Origin: Octopus vulgaris
Lineage: Eukaryota
DNA: 64,000 bases
Direction: 5' to 3'
NCBI GenBank assembly: GCA_951406725.2
Contig: OX597838.1
Span: 28,706,001-28,770,000 of the forward strand
How positions within the stretch are numbered: position 1 is the stretch's first letter; each line of letters begins with the position of its first letter. A model generated the notes under the pieces. That model ran no database searches, had not been told where the DNA came from, and was given only the letters and a program-made list of their open reading frames with translations. The position numbers and the translations under genes are program-made. This document shows positions 51,766 through 64,000 of the stretch, piece after piece.

Positions 51766-54700
51766 ATAATTATATTTCATTTATGAAATCTGTATTTAAC
51801 CGTTTAGCATTCACATTATTCTGTCAAAAGGTGGTGAGCTGGCAGAATCGTTAGCATGCCAGGTGAAATACTTAGTAGTATTTCGTCTGTTCTGAGTTCA
51901 AATTCTGCCGAGGTCAACTTTGCCTGTCATCCTTTCGGGGTTGATAAATTAAGTACCAGTTATGCACTGGGGTCGATGTGATCGATCTTAATCCCTTTGT
52001 CTGTCCTTGTTTGTCCCCTCTATGTTTAGCCCCTTGTGGGCAATAAAGAAATAAGAATCGTTAGCACACCAAGTGAAATGCTTAGTAGTTTTTCACCTGT
52101 CTTTACATTCTGAGTTCAAATTCTGCTGAGGTTGACTTTGCCTCTCATCCTTTCAAGGTTGATGAATTAAGTACCAGTTGTGTACTGGGGGTCAATCTAA
52201 TCAACAGGTCCCCTCCCCCCAAATTTCAGGCCTTGTGCCTATAGCGGAAAGGATTATTCTGTCAAGAGAAAAGTTTATTTATTCACATTGTTTTAAATTA
52301 ATCATACATTATCTTGTAGCTTTGAGATTTCAGTGATATTGTATATTTTTAGACTGATATTTTAGGGTAGATGGGAGAAGCTGAACCTGGCCAATTTGAT
52401 CATAAAACAAGTAGAGTATTTTGGCTGGATGTGACTAGGCGCAGGAGTGGCTATGTGGCAAGTAGCTTGTTTACCAACCACATGGTTCTGGGTTCAGTCC
52501 CACTGCGTGGCACCTTGGGCAAGTGTCTTCTACTATAGCCTCGGGCCGACCAAAGCCTTGTGAGAGGATTTGGTAGACGGAAACTGAAAAGAAGCCCGTC
52601 GTATATATATATGTGTTTGTGTGTCTGTTTGTCCCCCTTGCATTGCTTGACAACCGATGTTGGTGTGTTTATGTCCCTGTTACTTAGCGGTTCGGCAAAA
52701 GAGACCGATAGAATAAGTACTGGGCTTACAAAAGAATAAGTCCCGGGGTCGAGTTGCTCGATTAAAGGCAGTGCTCCAGCATGGCCACAGTCAAATGACT
52801 GAAACAAGTAAAGAGTTCAAATGCTAAAGGGTTCATAAGCTGTGTTTGTTTAATTTAAGTTTCTATCAGTTCATGGTTCTGTAGACACATGGTAGGTGTA
52901 TAATTAGTAGATTAGAGGTGTGTTGATGAAGTATTATTATGTGATTATGGATAGCATGACAAAACAGTTAATCCATCAAGGCTTTGGAACCAAGGATACT
53001 GGAAAATCAGTGGTGTATTTCTAAAGCTGTTTTCATTGAGCTTCAGCTGAGTTTTAATCTAGGAAACCTCCAATCAAAGACATTCCAACTTTGATCATCC
53101 TCTCCCTTCCTTTTTTTTTTCTCCCAAATCAGTATATCTAGAGCTATATTATCCAGAGCCCTTCCTCTTTTAAGATGATACCCTGTGATTTTAAGGAGAT
53201 TTGTCTGCTATTTGTAGCACGTCAACAGACCAGAAGTTCCTTGTTATTACAGATTGCATTTATTTTCTCATATAGACATTTTTTTTTTTACTTGTTTCAG
53301 TCATTTGACTGCGGCCATGCTGGAGCACCGCCTTTAGTCGAGCAACTCGACCCCGGGACTTATTCCTTTGTAAGCCCAGTACTTATTCTATCGGTCTCTT
53401 TTGCTGAACCGCTAAGTAATGGGGACATAAACACACCAGCATCGGTTGTCAAGCAATGCTAGGGGGACAAATACAGACACACAAATGCATATATATACAT
53501 ATATACGACGGGCTTCTTTCAGTTTCCGTCTACCAAATCCACTCACAAGGCTTTGGTCGGCCCAAGGCTATAGTAGAAGACACTTGCCCAAGGTGCCACG
53601 CAGTGGGACTGAACCCGGAACCATGTGGTTGGTAAACAAGCTACTTACCACACAGCCACTTCTGCGCCTAATGTTACCTTTTCATTTTGCATAAGGACAA
53701 TAATTTACAGAGAATGACTGTTTTATTCACCAGACTAAAATCCTTCCTTTCAAAAATGCTGGTCTTTTTACTTAAATCCTTTGTTACCGTATTTCTGTTG
53801 AAATATACTGCATTTGTCTTAAATGATTTTGAAAATAATGAAGAATTCAATAAAGTAACTTTGTTGTTATTAAGATGGTGTTTAAGGTGCTGAGCTGGCA
53901 GAATCGTTAGAATGTCGGTCAAAATGCTTAGTGGTATTTCGTCTGCCACTGAGGTCGACTTTGCCTTTCATCATTCTGGGATCATCATTATCGTTTAACG
54001 TTCACCTTCCATGGACGATTTTGACTGAGGGCTGGCAAGCCAGATGGCTGCACCAGGCTCCAATCTTGATCTGGCAGAGTTTCTACAGCTGGTTGCCCTT
54101 CCTAACCCCAACCACCCCTAGAGTGTAGTGGGAGCTTTTTACGTGTCACTGGCACGGGGGCCAGTCAGGCAGTACTGGCAATGACCTCACTCAAATCTTT
54201 TTACACGTGCCACCGGCACAGGTCCCAGTGGAGTGACGTTGGTAACGATCAGACCCGAATGGTGCCCTTGTATGTGCCACAGGCACGGAAGCCAGTTGGC
54301 TGCTCTGGCAATGATCATGCTCGGATGGTGCTCTTGACACCCTACTAGCAAGGCATGAGTGCCAGTAAGGCGACGCTGGTAACGATCATACTCGAATAGC
54401 CGCTCTGTCAACGATCACACTCGTATGGTGCTCTTTGCACCCCGCTAGCACAGATGCTGGTCATCGAATTGATTTTGATTTTGATTTTACTTGCCTCAAC
54501 AGGTCAATTAAATAAATACCAGTTACGCACTGGGGTGGATGTAATCGACTTAAACCCTTCCCCCAAATTTGAGGCCTTGTGATTCCAGTAGAAAGGATTA
54601 TTAAGCAGGTGTTTGGAACATAAATTAACATGAAATTTTGAAGATTTTTAATTTATATCATTTTAAGACAGGAAGTTCATATCACAGAACCAGGGTCAGT

Positions 54701-55479
54701 TTCTGTTGGGTTTGTACCAAAAAGGGTCGACTCTTTTATTACTTAATTTCTGACTAAGTCACTACCTTTGTTGCAAATAATTTTGAAAATAGGCGCAGGA
54801 GTGGCTGTGTGGTAAGTAGCTTGCTTACCAACCACATGGTTCCGGGTTCAGTCCCACTGCGTGGCATCTTGGGCAAGTGTCTTCTACTATAGCCTCGGGC
54901 CAACCAAAAACCTTGTGAGTGGATTTGGTAAACGGAAACTGAAAGAAGCCCGTTGTGTATATGTTAGTGTGCCTGTGTTTGCCCCCCTCCCCCCCAACAT
55001 CGCTTGACAACCGATGCTGGTGTGTTTACGTCGCCGTCACTTAGCGGTTCGGCAAAAGCACTTGATAGAATAAGTACTGGGTTTACAAAGAATAAGTCCT
55101 GGGGTTGATTTGCTCGACTAAAGGCGATGCTCCAGCATGGCCGCAGTCAGATTACTGAACCAAGTAAAAGAGTAAAGAGTAAAATAATGAAGAATTTAGT
55201 ATTAAAAAAAAACAACTCATTATTTAGCTGATGTCTTGGAACATAAATTAGCAAGAAATTTTGATGGAAGGTTTTAGTTTGGATCATTTTAAGACAGGAA
55301 GTTTGTATCATAGAACCAGGAATGGTTTCAGGTGGGTTGGTACTAAAAAGGGTTAAATTAGAAACATTTGTTGTTGTTGCTGTTGAAGACTGTTGCTTTT
55401 GTATTCACTTGTGCCATATTTCTGGGGAAAATGTCTGTTTTTGTGATTCGCTTGAAAAATATTCTTTTTAAAAACTTTA

Positions 55480-55493
55480 GTTGCCATAGTAAC
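55480..55493. promoter_or_regulatory. RFX X-box motif
   Basis: GTTGCCATAGTAAC fits GTNRCC-N(0-3)-RGYAAC and lies in unique intronic sequence. Confidence 0.4.
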
Positions 55494-58241
55494 TGCCCGA
55501 AAGGTCAGAAAAGCTAGCCAAGACTGGCGAATGTAGAATTGGATACTGAAATAGTTTTTTTTTTACTTGCTCATTGCAAAAAAATGGGGGAGAAAAATAA
55601 AACAATTTTTTTCTACATTTTGCTTGTGGAGTATAAAGATCTGGTGGGTGGGGAGTGTGTGTTTTTTTTTTTTTTGTTTTTTTTTTTTTTATACTTCTCA
55701 AGACATTATTGTTGGATGCTACAGCACAGTGAAATCAACACAAAACTATGTAGAAAAATGCAACTAAAATGTAACTAAAACAAAATAGTTTTAGTGAGTT
55801 GGTAGCTTACCCAAGGAGTTTGGGTGAGCCAAAAACACATTTGAGTGGGTGTGGTTGCAAAGTTAGTTCTGGTCTTATGATCTAACTGCTAAGACTGTTT
55901 TAATCCTTTAGCATTCAGATTATCTTGCCAAATGTGATGCTTATTTATTCACATTGTTTTGAAATAATCATGTATTATCTCATAGCTTTCAGATTTCAGT
56001 GATGCGATTGTTTATTTTTGGAATAACATTGTAGGGTAGGTGTGAGAGATCTAGTCTGGCCAATTTAAACATAAAACAGGTAGGACATCCAGGCTTGATT
56101 TGGCCAGTTTAATTGCTAAATGGAGATATATAAAATGCTATTAGATGATTTTAATCATAAAAATAATAACAGGGCCACAGGTGAGATTTGAACCTATATA
56201 CCTATTACTTGCTGAGTGGATTTGATAGACAAAAACTGAATGAAGGCGGCGAACTGGCAGAAACGATAGCACACCGGGCGAAATGCTTAGCGGTATTTCG
56301 TCTGCCGCTACAATCTGAGTTCAAATTCCACTGATGTCGACTTTCCCTTTCATCCTTTCAGGGTCAATTAAATAAATAAGTACCAGTTACACACTGGGGT
56401 CAATATAATCGACTTAATCCATTTGTCTGTCCTTGTTTGTCCCCTCTATGTATAGCCCCTTGTGGGCAGTAAAGAAATAAGAAACTGAAAGAAACCCATC
56501 GTGTGTGTATGTGCACATATCTTTGTCTATTTCCCACCACTGCTTGACAACCGGTGTTGGTGTGTTTACATCCCTTTAACATAGCGGTTTGGCAAAAGAG
56601 ACCAACAAAATAAATGCCAGGCTTAAAATAAGGCAGTGCCCCAGCATGGCCACAGTCTAACGACTGAAGTGAGGAACAGACAGAAGATAGATGGCTGTGT
56701 GATCAAGAAGTTTACTTTGCGACCGCATGGCTTTAGGTTCAATCCCACCGTTGACCCTTTTAGGCAGCTGTCTTCTGTAGCCCCATGCTGATCCTTGTTT
56801 TGTGATTGAATTTGGTTGATGGGAAGCATGTGGGAACACATTGCACGTATGTGTGTGTGTGTGCTTTCCCACCTACTGCTTAAGAACTGAGGTTGGTTTC
56901 TTGATTCTTTCATCTTCTTTGTCTTCTACTTGTTTCAGTCATTTGACTATGGTCATGCTGGAGCACTACCTTGGCGGGTTCTGGTCGAACAAATTGACCC
57001 CAGGACTTTTTTTGTTTGTTTGAAAGCCTGGTGTTTATTCTATCGGTTGCTTTTGCCAAACTGCTAAGTTATGGGAACCTAAGCACACCACACCTGTTGT
57101 TAAGTGATAGTCAGGGACAAGCACAAACACACACACACACACACAGAGGCTTCTTTTCAGTTTCTGTCTACCAAATGTTGGTGTATTCATTCCTGTAATC
57201 TAGTGGTTTGACAAAAGAGATTGATAGAATAAGTTCTGGGCTTAAAAAATAAATCCTGGGGTCAATTTGTTTGACCAAAATCCTTCAAGGTGGTGCACCA
57301 GCATGGTCGCAGTCAAATGACTGAAACCAGTACAAAAATAAAAGAAAGAATAATTAAATTTTATTTGGGATTGCATCAAAAAAGAAATGATTAAAATATT
57401 TTGTGAATTGTAGAAGCATTTTATTGCAGATTTATTGTTAGTCAGATTTTGAATAAAAAAGCATTACATTTGACAGTGTAACCTCAATGCTTTAGCCATT
57501 AAGTCTTTAAACCAACCATATCCAACCCAAAACATTCTACATGTTTTACATTCAAAGTGGCCATATCAAACCTCTCATACTTGCCCTGCACTGACATTCT
57601 AAAAATAAGCAATCACATCATAGAAACCTCAAAGCTACAAGATAATGCATGATTAATTCAAAACAATTTGAATAAAAAAGCATTACATTTGACTGAGTAA
57701 TTAAAGGGTTAAAATGATGATGATGATGATGATGAGTAAATATATTTTTCAACTGAGAGATGAAAGCGGGAAAACAAGTTTATTGAATAGGCGACTGACC
57801 TTTCAAAAGCTTAGGGTCCATGGGAAAATTTATTTTGATTATTAAGGGAGGCTTTTCAAATGAAAGGGCTTGGAACTACTGATACAGTTCTTCTTTCCCC
57901 TGCTGATTCATATGGCAGTATGGTAAACCTAGGGGTGGAGGTGGGAGTATTCCATTTCATGTTTGAAGAATGCAGGGTTTCTTTGTAATTTTTGCTGTTT
58001 TGCACCCGTATTCCCCTGTCCCACCCCCACCTCAATGCTTGCATGGATGGGTGTGTGGTGGGGGTAGACAGTGCCTTTGAAGTAGTTTTCACAACTGAAT
58101 GCTCTTTCTACTGCTAACGAAACCACTCAACCGTCTACTATAATAATACTCTTGTGTTTTTCTCTGTCACAACATATGAACGAGAAAAGAAGGGGGTGAT
58201 GGCAAACTTGTGTGTGTGTAAAAGGGAGGTATGTGAATGTT

Positions 58242-58274
<33 letters not shown>

Positions 58275-58391
58275 AAACAATGGCAGTGAACATTCAATGC
58301 TAAAAAGGAAAGAATCAAACATCTCAAAAGACAACCACGAAATAACAATGACAAGTGTATTAACTTGATTTACCATCCATATCTTTATATA

Positions 58392-58947
58392 CACTACCGT
58401 CAGAAATTAATTAGCACCCTTGATTTGCTCACCATGAAGCATGGTGGGGTGGTCTGATGGTGTGAGGGGCGTTCAGCTACAGTGGTGTTGGGCGGCTCTA
58501 TGCCGTCGAAGGCAACATCAACGCAGCAAAGTACGTCGAGATAGTACGGGATACCTCTTTGGTGGCGAGGAGTACGTGCTGGCCAGTCACCTGACCTGAA
58601 CCCTATTGAGAACCTCTGGAGTCGATTGGGTAGGGATTTGAATGTGCAGCAATACAGGAACCAACACGAGCTGTTTGGGGCACTTCTTGCTGCATGAGAG
58701 GCCATCCCTGCACAGTACCTGTAGGCACTCATAGACAGCATGCCGACCCACGTAGCAGCTGTCATTGCTGCCAAAGGAGGAGCAACAAGATATTGACTAA
58801 ATTTCACGATTAATAACAATTATGTGGTGTGCTGGGATATGTTTTAATAAATTTTTGATTAAAAACGAGTTCGTTTCTGATAATAAGTTAATTAAATTAA
58901 GAAAATGTAGAAATTTGAGACGTGCTAATTAATTTTCGACGCAAGTG
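58392..58947 (+). mobile_element. Internally deleted Tc1-like transposon
   Basis: TA-flanked imperfect TIRs (CACTACCGTCAGAAATTAATTAGCAC / GTGCTAATTAATTTTCGACGCAAGTG). Relic motifs TMKHGG, SPDLNPIENLW and LIDSMPTHVAAVIAAKGGATRY*. Confidence 0.88.
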
Positions 58948-59614
58948 TATATAAATAGCAAAATGTCTGTGTGTGTGTCCTTTATACAAATCCACAATTT
59001 TTCAGTTAGAGGGCTCGCACTTTCTATGGTTATTCAAAACCGTCCAAGGGTGGTTGTGCATTACTGTAACTTAACAGTAATGTAAACAAACCAACACAAG
59101 TTGTCAAGGACTGGTGAGGGATAAACACACGTACAAAAAAATATACGTGTGTATGTTTGTATGTATGGGAAGGCTTCTTTCAGTTTCTGGTCTACCAAAG
59201 CCTTGTGAGTGAATTTGGTAGACAGAAACCGAAAGAAGCCCGTCGTATATATGTATGTATATATATATATATATATTTGTGTGTCTGTGTTTGTCCCCCC
59301 CAACATCGCTTGACAACCAATGCTGGTGTGTTTATATCCTCAGCAAAAGAGGCTGATAGAATAAGTACTAGGCTTACAAAGAATAAGTCGTGGGGTCGAT
59401 TTGCTCGACTAAAGGCGGTGCTCCAGCACGGCTACAGTCCCATGACTGAAACAAGTAAAAGAGCAAGTCATTCTGATATCTGTTATGCTTTTGTCTTTTG
59501 TCTTTTGGAGGGTGAAATTTTTACCCTTCACATTCAAATAATGTAAAACTTATTTATTTTATTAACTGCTGTTAATTCTTTGAATTTTAAATTTCTTTTT
59601 GTGTTTTTTTTTAG

Positions 59615-59679
59615 GTTTTCGATAAACAACTCAAGGAGTTCAATGAAAACTTGAAGCCTAAAACTCATACTGTGAATCG
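59615..59679 (+). CDS. SZRD1: SZRD1-like, coding exon 2
   Basis: Long T-tract plus TTAG| acceptor and CG|GTAAGT donor; 65 nt, in frame with exon 1. VFDKQLKEFNENLKPKTHTVN(R) is comparable to EIDRRLEKKLKITQKESR. The SUZ domain exons would lie beyond the window. Confidence 0.72.
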
Positions 59680-59772
59680 GTAAGTATTTCAGATATCTGT
59701 TTGTGTGTGTAGAAGAATGAGATTTGCATTGCCATTTTAGCCCCATTGGCATTCAGATCACTTTATCAAATA

Positions 59773-60176
59773 CTAGCAGTATCGCCCTGCGATGCTCGGG
59801 TTTGTAAGGGAAATAACTATATAAGCATTTTTAGAGAGTTATAGCCAAAAAATAGCAAAAAAATGCATTAAAAATGGGGAAAAAAATAATGGCAAATTTT
59901 TTTTTTAAATCGTTGACTCATCGTAGACATTTTTAGAGAGTTACCTCCCTTATATAATATCGAGGAAAAATATGCATTAAAATGGAAAAAAATGATGGTA
60001 AATTTTTTTTTTAATCGTAGACTCATCGTAGACACGCACTAATACCCAGAAGGGCTCGATATGAATCACGACTATAAGATACCCGGTTTTGGTTAAACTG
60101 CACCGCAAAATGTGGGAGTAGTTAAGAATCTAAATCGTAGGAGACAGACACACAACTTCACTTTTATATATATAGA
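59773..60176 (-). mobile_element. Non-autonomous Helitron (same family as 14847-15234)
   Basis: Minus strand A|TC 5' end, CCCGAGCATCGCAGGG hairpin remnant and CTAG|T 3' end. Confidence 0.8.
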
Positions 60177-62694
60177 TATTGCTTATTTATTCACATCATT
60201 TTGAGTCAATCATCTTGTAGCTATGAGATTTCAGTGAAGTGATTGTTTATTTATTAGAACGGCATTGTAGGGTAGGTGTAAGAGGCCAGATATGGCCATT
60301 TAACCCTTTAGCATTCAAATTACTCTATCAAATACAATGCTTATCTATTCACTTCATTTTAAATTAATCGTGCATTATCTTGTAGCTTCAAGATTTCGAT
60401 GACGTGGATTTTTTTTAATTTTTAGAATGACATTGCAGGGTAGGTGTGAGAGGCTGGATCTTGCCTGTTTGAATATAAAACAGGTTAGAATATTTGAGCC
60501 TAATAAGGCCAGTTTAAATGCTAAATGGTTAAGGTTTATTTTCCATGCTGGCATGGCTTGGACAGTCTGACATGGTCCAGTGAGCCAGAGGGATACATTG
60601 AGCTCCAATGTCAATTTTGCTTGGTTTCTACAGCCAGATGCCCTTCCTAACACCAGTCACTTTGCTGTGTGTGCTGGAGGCTTTTTAATCATGCACCAGC
60701 ACCAGTGAGGTCACCAAACAATTTGCAAAAACAGGAAAGGAACAAGAAAATGGAAAGGGCCCCCTCAACTGGGCAGAGGGTTGTGACATTGTGCTTGGTG
60801 TTGGGAGGTCAAGGTGTGATAGAGAGAAAAGCACAGGTGTCTTGCTATAGAGAAGATGCATGGCTACCCTGTATTATATAAGGGTGGGAGAATAGCTTGG
60901 AAGAAGTGAAGATGGTAGCAATGGAGTGCCAGAGCAAGTGGGCAGATTTTTGGCATGTCATAGATTTTTATGGTTTCTAAGAAATGCCCCCCCCCCCTCC
61001 CATCTCTATGATTTAGGGTGAATACTCTTTCCTGTCACAGAGCCGTTTCACATCATTTATGCAGCTGATAGATTTACCAAAGACAGGGCCCATTTTTTTC
61101 CCCACCCACTCTATTTGAAATTGAAAATTTCCACAACATATTAATGGATACATTTTATATTTTTACCACTTAGTCTGGGAACGAAGGGCAACACCTATGA
61201 CCCTTTAATGTTTTTAGGGTCTCCAAGGCTGGTGGGAGGAAGGGAGAGAGTTATCATCTTACTTGGGACCTGACTTGAATGTTTACAACAGAGTGGATTC
61301 TGCTAATGATACCCAAGACACCAGTTGGTGGTGTTAACCCTTTAGTGTTCACATTATTCTGCCAAAATTAATCCTTTTTATCCACATTGTTTTGAACTAA
61401 TCATTCATTAATCTTGTAGCTGTGAGATTTTGATGAGGTAGCTGTTAATCTTTAAAACGATATTGTAGGGTTTGTCTGAGCGACCAGATCTGGCCAATTT
61501 GAACATAAAACAGGCAGAATACTTTTGGCCGGATATGGCCAGTTTAAATGCTAAAGGGTTAAACATAGATAGGACTTAAGTCTACCACTCAAGTAGGCCT
61601 TGGCGGGATTTGAATTCAGAATGCAAAAAGCCGTAACAAATACCACAAGATATCTGGTCTGATGGTTCTCACCCTTCCACCAATATATATTCCGTCTTGG
61701 ATTGGTACTTTTTTTCAGTGACCCTGAAAGAATGAAAGACGAAGTTAATCTCTGTAAGCTTTCAGTTCAGTGTGCATTGTTCATGATTTTCAAAAACAAT
61801 TGAGACCAAGGCAACGAATTAAAAACTGGGTTAAATAGTGCAAAATGAGAGACTTATAATCATACACCTAGAGACAGTCTCGGTGGGTGGGTAGTGTTGG
61901 TATTAAAATGGTTAATGAACAGTTAATCTCTGTTATTTAAACTGTTGCAGCAAATTGCCAGGTTTTATAATTTCTTCCAAATCATGCTGGAAGGTTTTAA
62001 TTTAAATATTTAACTCTTTTGATATCAAACTGTCTGAGACCACCCCCGGTTCTATGCTGCAAACTTCTGGTTTTAAAATAATCTAAATTAAAACCTTCCA
62101 TCAAAACTTAATTAAAACATTCCATCTCATATTAATTTATGTTCCAAACATCATCATCGTTTAGCGTCCACTTTCCATGCTAGCATGGGTTGGACGATTT
62201 GACTGAGGTCTGGCAAACCAGACTCCAATCTGATCTGGCAGAGTTTCTACAGCTGGATGCCCTTCCTAATGCCAACCACTCCAAGAGTGTAATGGGTTCT
62301 TTTACATGCCACCAGCACGAGGGCCAGTTTGGTGGTACTGGCAACGGCCACGCTCAAATGGTGCTTTTTATGTGCCACCTGCACAGGAGCTAGTCCAGCG
62401 GCACTGGCAACAACCTCGCTCGAATGTCTTTTTTACCTCACTCGAATGTTTTAGCTTAACCCTTTAGTATTTAAACCGGCCATATCCGGCCAAAATAGTT
62501 AATCTGTTTTATGTTCAAACTGACCAGATCCAGGCCCTCACACCTACCCTACAATATTATTCTACATTAAGTAATTACACCATCAAGATCTTGAAGATAT
62601 GAGATAATGCATGATTAATTCAAATTAATAGGAATCAATAAGCATTATGTTTGATTGAATAATCTGAACACTAAAGGGTTAATAATGGATTGAA

Positions 62695-62965
62695 TTATTT
62701 TATCAAAGTTTTTCTTATTTTCCAAATTTATTGGAACAAAGGCGGTATTTTTTAAAAGAAATATGGTAACGAAAGGCTTAACTCCTTTGATAACTTTTGA
62801 GATCCCCACAAATTTCATGATAATGGACAGAGTTATTTTATCCAAGTTTTTCTTATTTTCCAAATTTATTGGAACAAAGGCAGTATTTTTTAACAGAAAG
62901 TATTTTTTTTTAACGAAAGGCTTAACTCCTTTGATAACTTTTGAGATCCCCACAAATTTCATGAT
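62695..62965. repeat. Local tandem duplication (~135 bp x2) of MITE-derived sequence
   Basis: TTCTTATTTTCCAAATTTATTGGAACAAAGGC..GAGATCCCCACAAATTTCATGATA occurs twice. Confidence 0.85.
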
Positions 62966-63636
62966 ACAGACTTCCCGTTTTAAAGTGATCTAAAAATCTT
63001 CCCTCAAAATTTCATGGTAATTTATGTTCCAAACACCAGAATAATTATGACAAGAATTAATGAATTCTTCATTATTTTTCAAAATTAATTGAAATTAAGG
63101 CAGTGTATTTCAACAGAAATATGGTAAGAAAAGGGTTAAAGACTGTGAAGTGAGAGCCCTTTTAGCATGAATTTGGAGATTGTTTTCGGTGGATGTTTGG
63201 GATCAAAATGGTTAACGAACAGTTAATCTAATCATTTGAACTGTTGCAGTAAATTGCCTGACTTTATAAATCTTCAAAATTTAACGATCCTCTCTCGCTA
63301 TTGTTCCAATAAATAAACCACCGAGATTGTTGGCGCAATTGTTTTCACAGCTGGGAGTGTCTATGTGGTTACTCAGTTTGCTAGAGATAGCAGCCAAATG
63401 TCTTCAATCATATCTCACAGTCCTCACTATCGTCATCATCATTGTTATCATCATCATCATTTAATGTCTGCTTCCCGTACTGGCTTCAGTTGGACTAATT
63501 GTTGTACATCTTATTCGTAGTCACTGTTCTCCAAGATGGATCAAAGGATCGACTGTTGCTCATATGCTGCAATTTTAGGCATGCTTTCTGCAGCTGGATG
63601 TTCTTTCTAACACCAACTATTTTACAGTGTGTCTAT

Positions 63637-64000
63637 CTATCCGCTCAGTCAAAGTCGACTCTCGGTCACTCGTTGGATCAGTGTCCTCCAGTCAGTTCTA
63701 TCCTGGGCCGTTTCTTTCAGACTGGCTATGTCCATTCTGATATCACTCTTGATGGTGTCAAGCCAGCGGGTTCTTGGTCAGTCTCTTCCTCTCTTGCCAC
63801 TGACCATTCCGAGCAGGATGTCCTTCTCCAGGGATTTTCTCCGCATAATATGACCGAAATATGTCAATCTATACTTGGTGATCCTAGCTTCTAGCGACAT
63901 TTTCGGCCTGATCTGCTTAAGAACTTCTCCATTGGTGAGCCTCACTGTCCATGGAATCCGTAAAAGTCTTCTCCAACACCAAAGCTCGAATGCATTAAAT
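63637..64000 (-). mobile_element. 3' end of an RTE/BovB-like LINE ORF (continues beyond the window)
   Basis: NAFELWCWRRLLRIPWTVRLTNGEVLKQIRPKMSLEARITKYRLTYFGHIMRRKSLEKDILLGMVSGKRGRD*PRTRWLDTIKSD..DRTDWR.., the characteristic RTE C-terminus with two in-frame stops. Confidence 0.88.

Noticed and set aside
12413-53694. Recurring ORFs with RASFSFRLPNPLTRLWSARGYSRRHLPKVPRSGTEPGTMW
   Set aside because: Antisense reading of SINE family A copies, not a protein family.

Overview
AT-rich, microsatellite- and transposon-dense animal genomic DNA. The SINE families and TA/GAT microsatellite load point to a cephalopod (octopus-like) genome; this is inference. Two protein-coding genes are supported. The first is the 3' part of a dispersed multi-C2H2 zinc-finger gene (+): a >4 kb exon, a 1.4 kb intron that splits a finger, a last exon ending at 6171 and a probable ~3.7 kb 3' UTR. 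The second is the first two coding exons of an SZRD1-like gene (+; 37663-37716 and 59615-59679), separated by a 21.9 kb intron and missed by the ORF track. Between them is a candidate minus-strand, TATA-driven, spliced non-coding transcript (23778 to ~18000) carrying a miR-92-complementary site with TDMD-like geometry. The rest is nested mobile DNA: tRNA-derived SINEs, piggyBac-type MITEs, Helitrons, Tc1/mariner and Tigger relics, RTE/CR1/Tx1/R2-type LINE fragments, Penelope-type repeats with minimal hammerhead ribozyme cores, long palindromes and minisatellites. Nearly all other ORFs in the track are repeat artefacts. Repeat boundaries were read by eye and are approximate unless stated.
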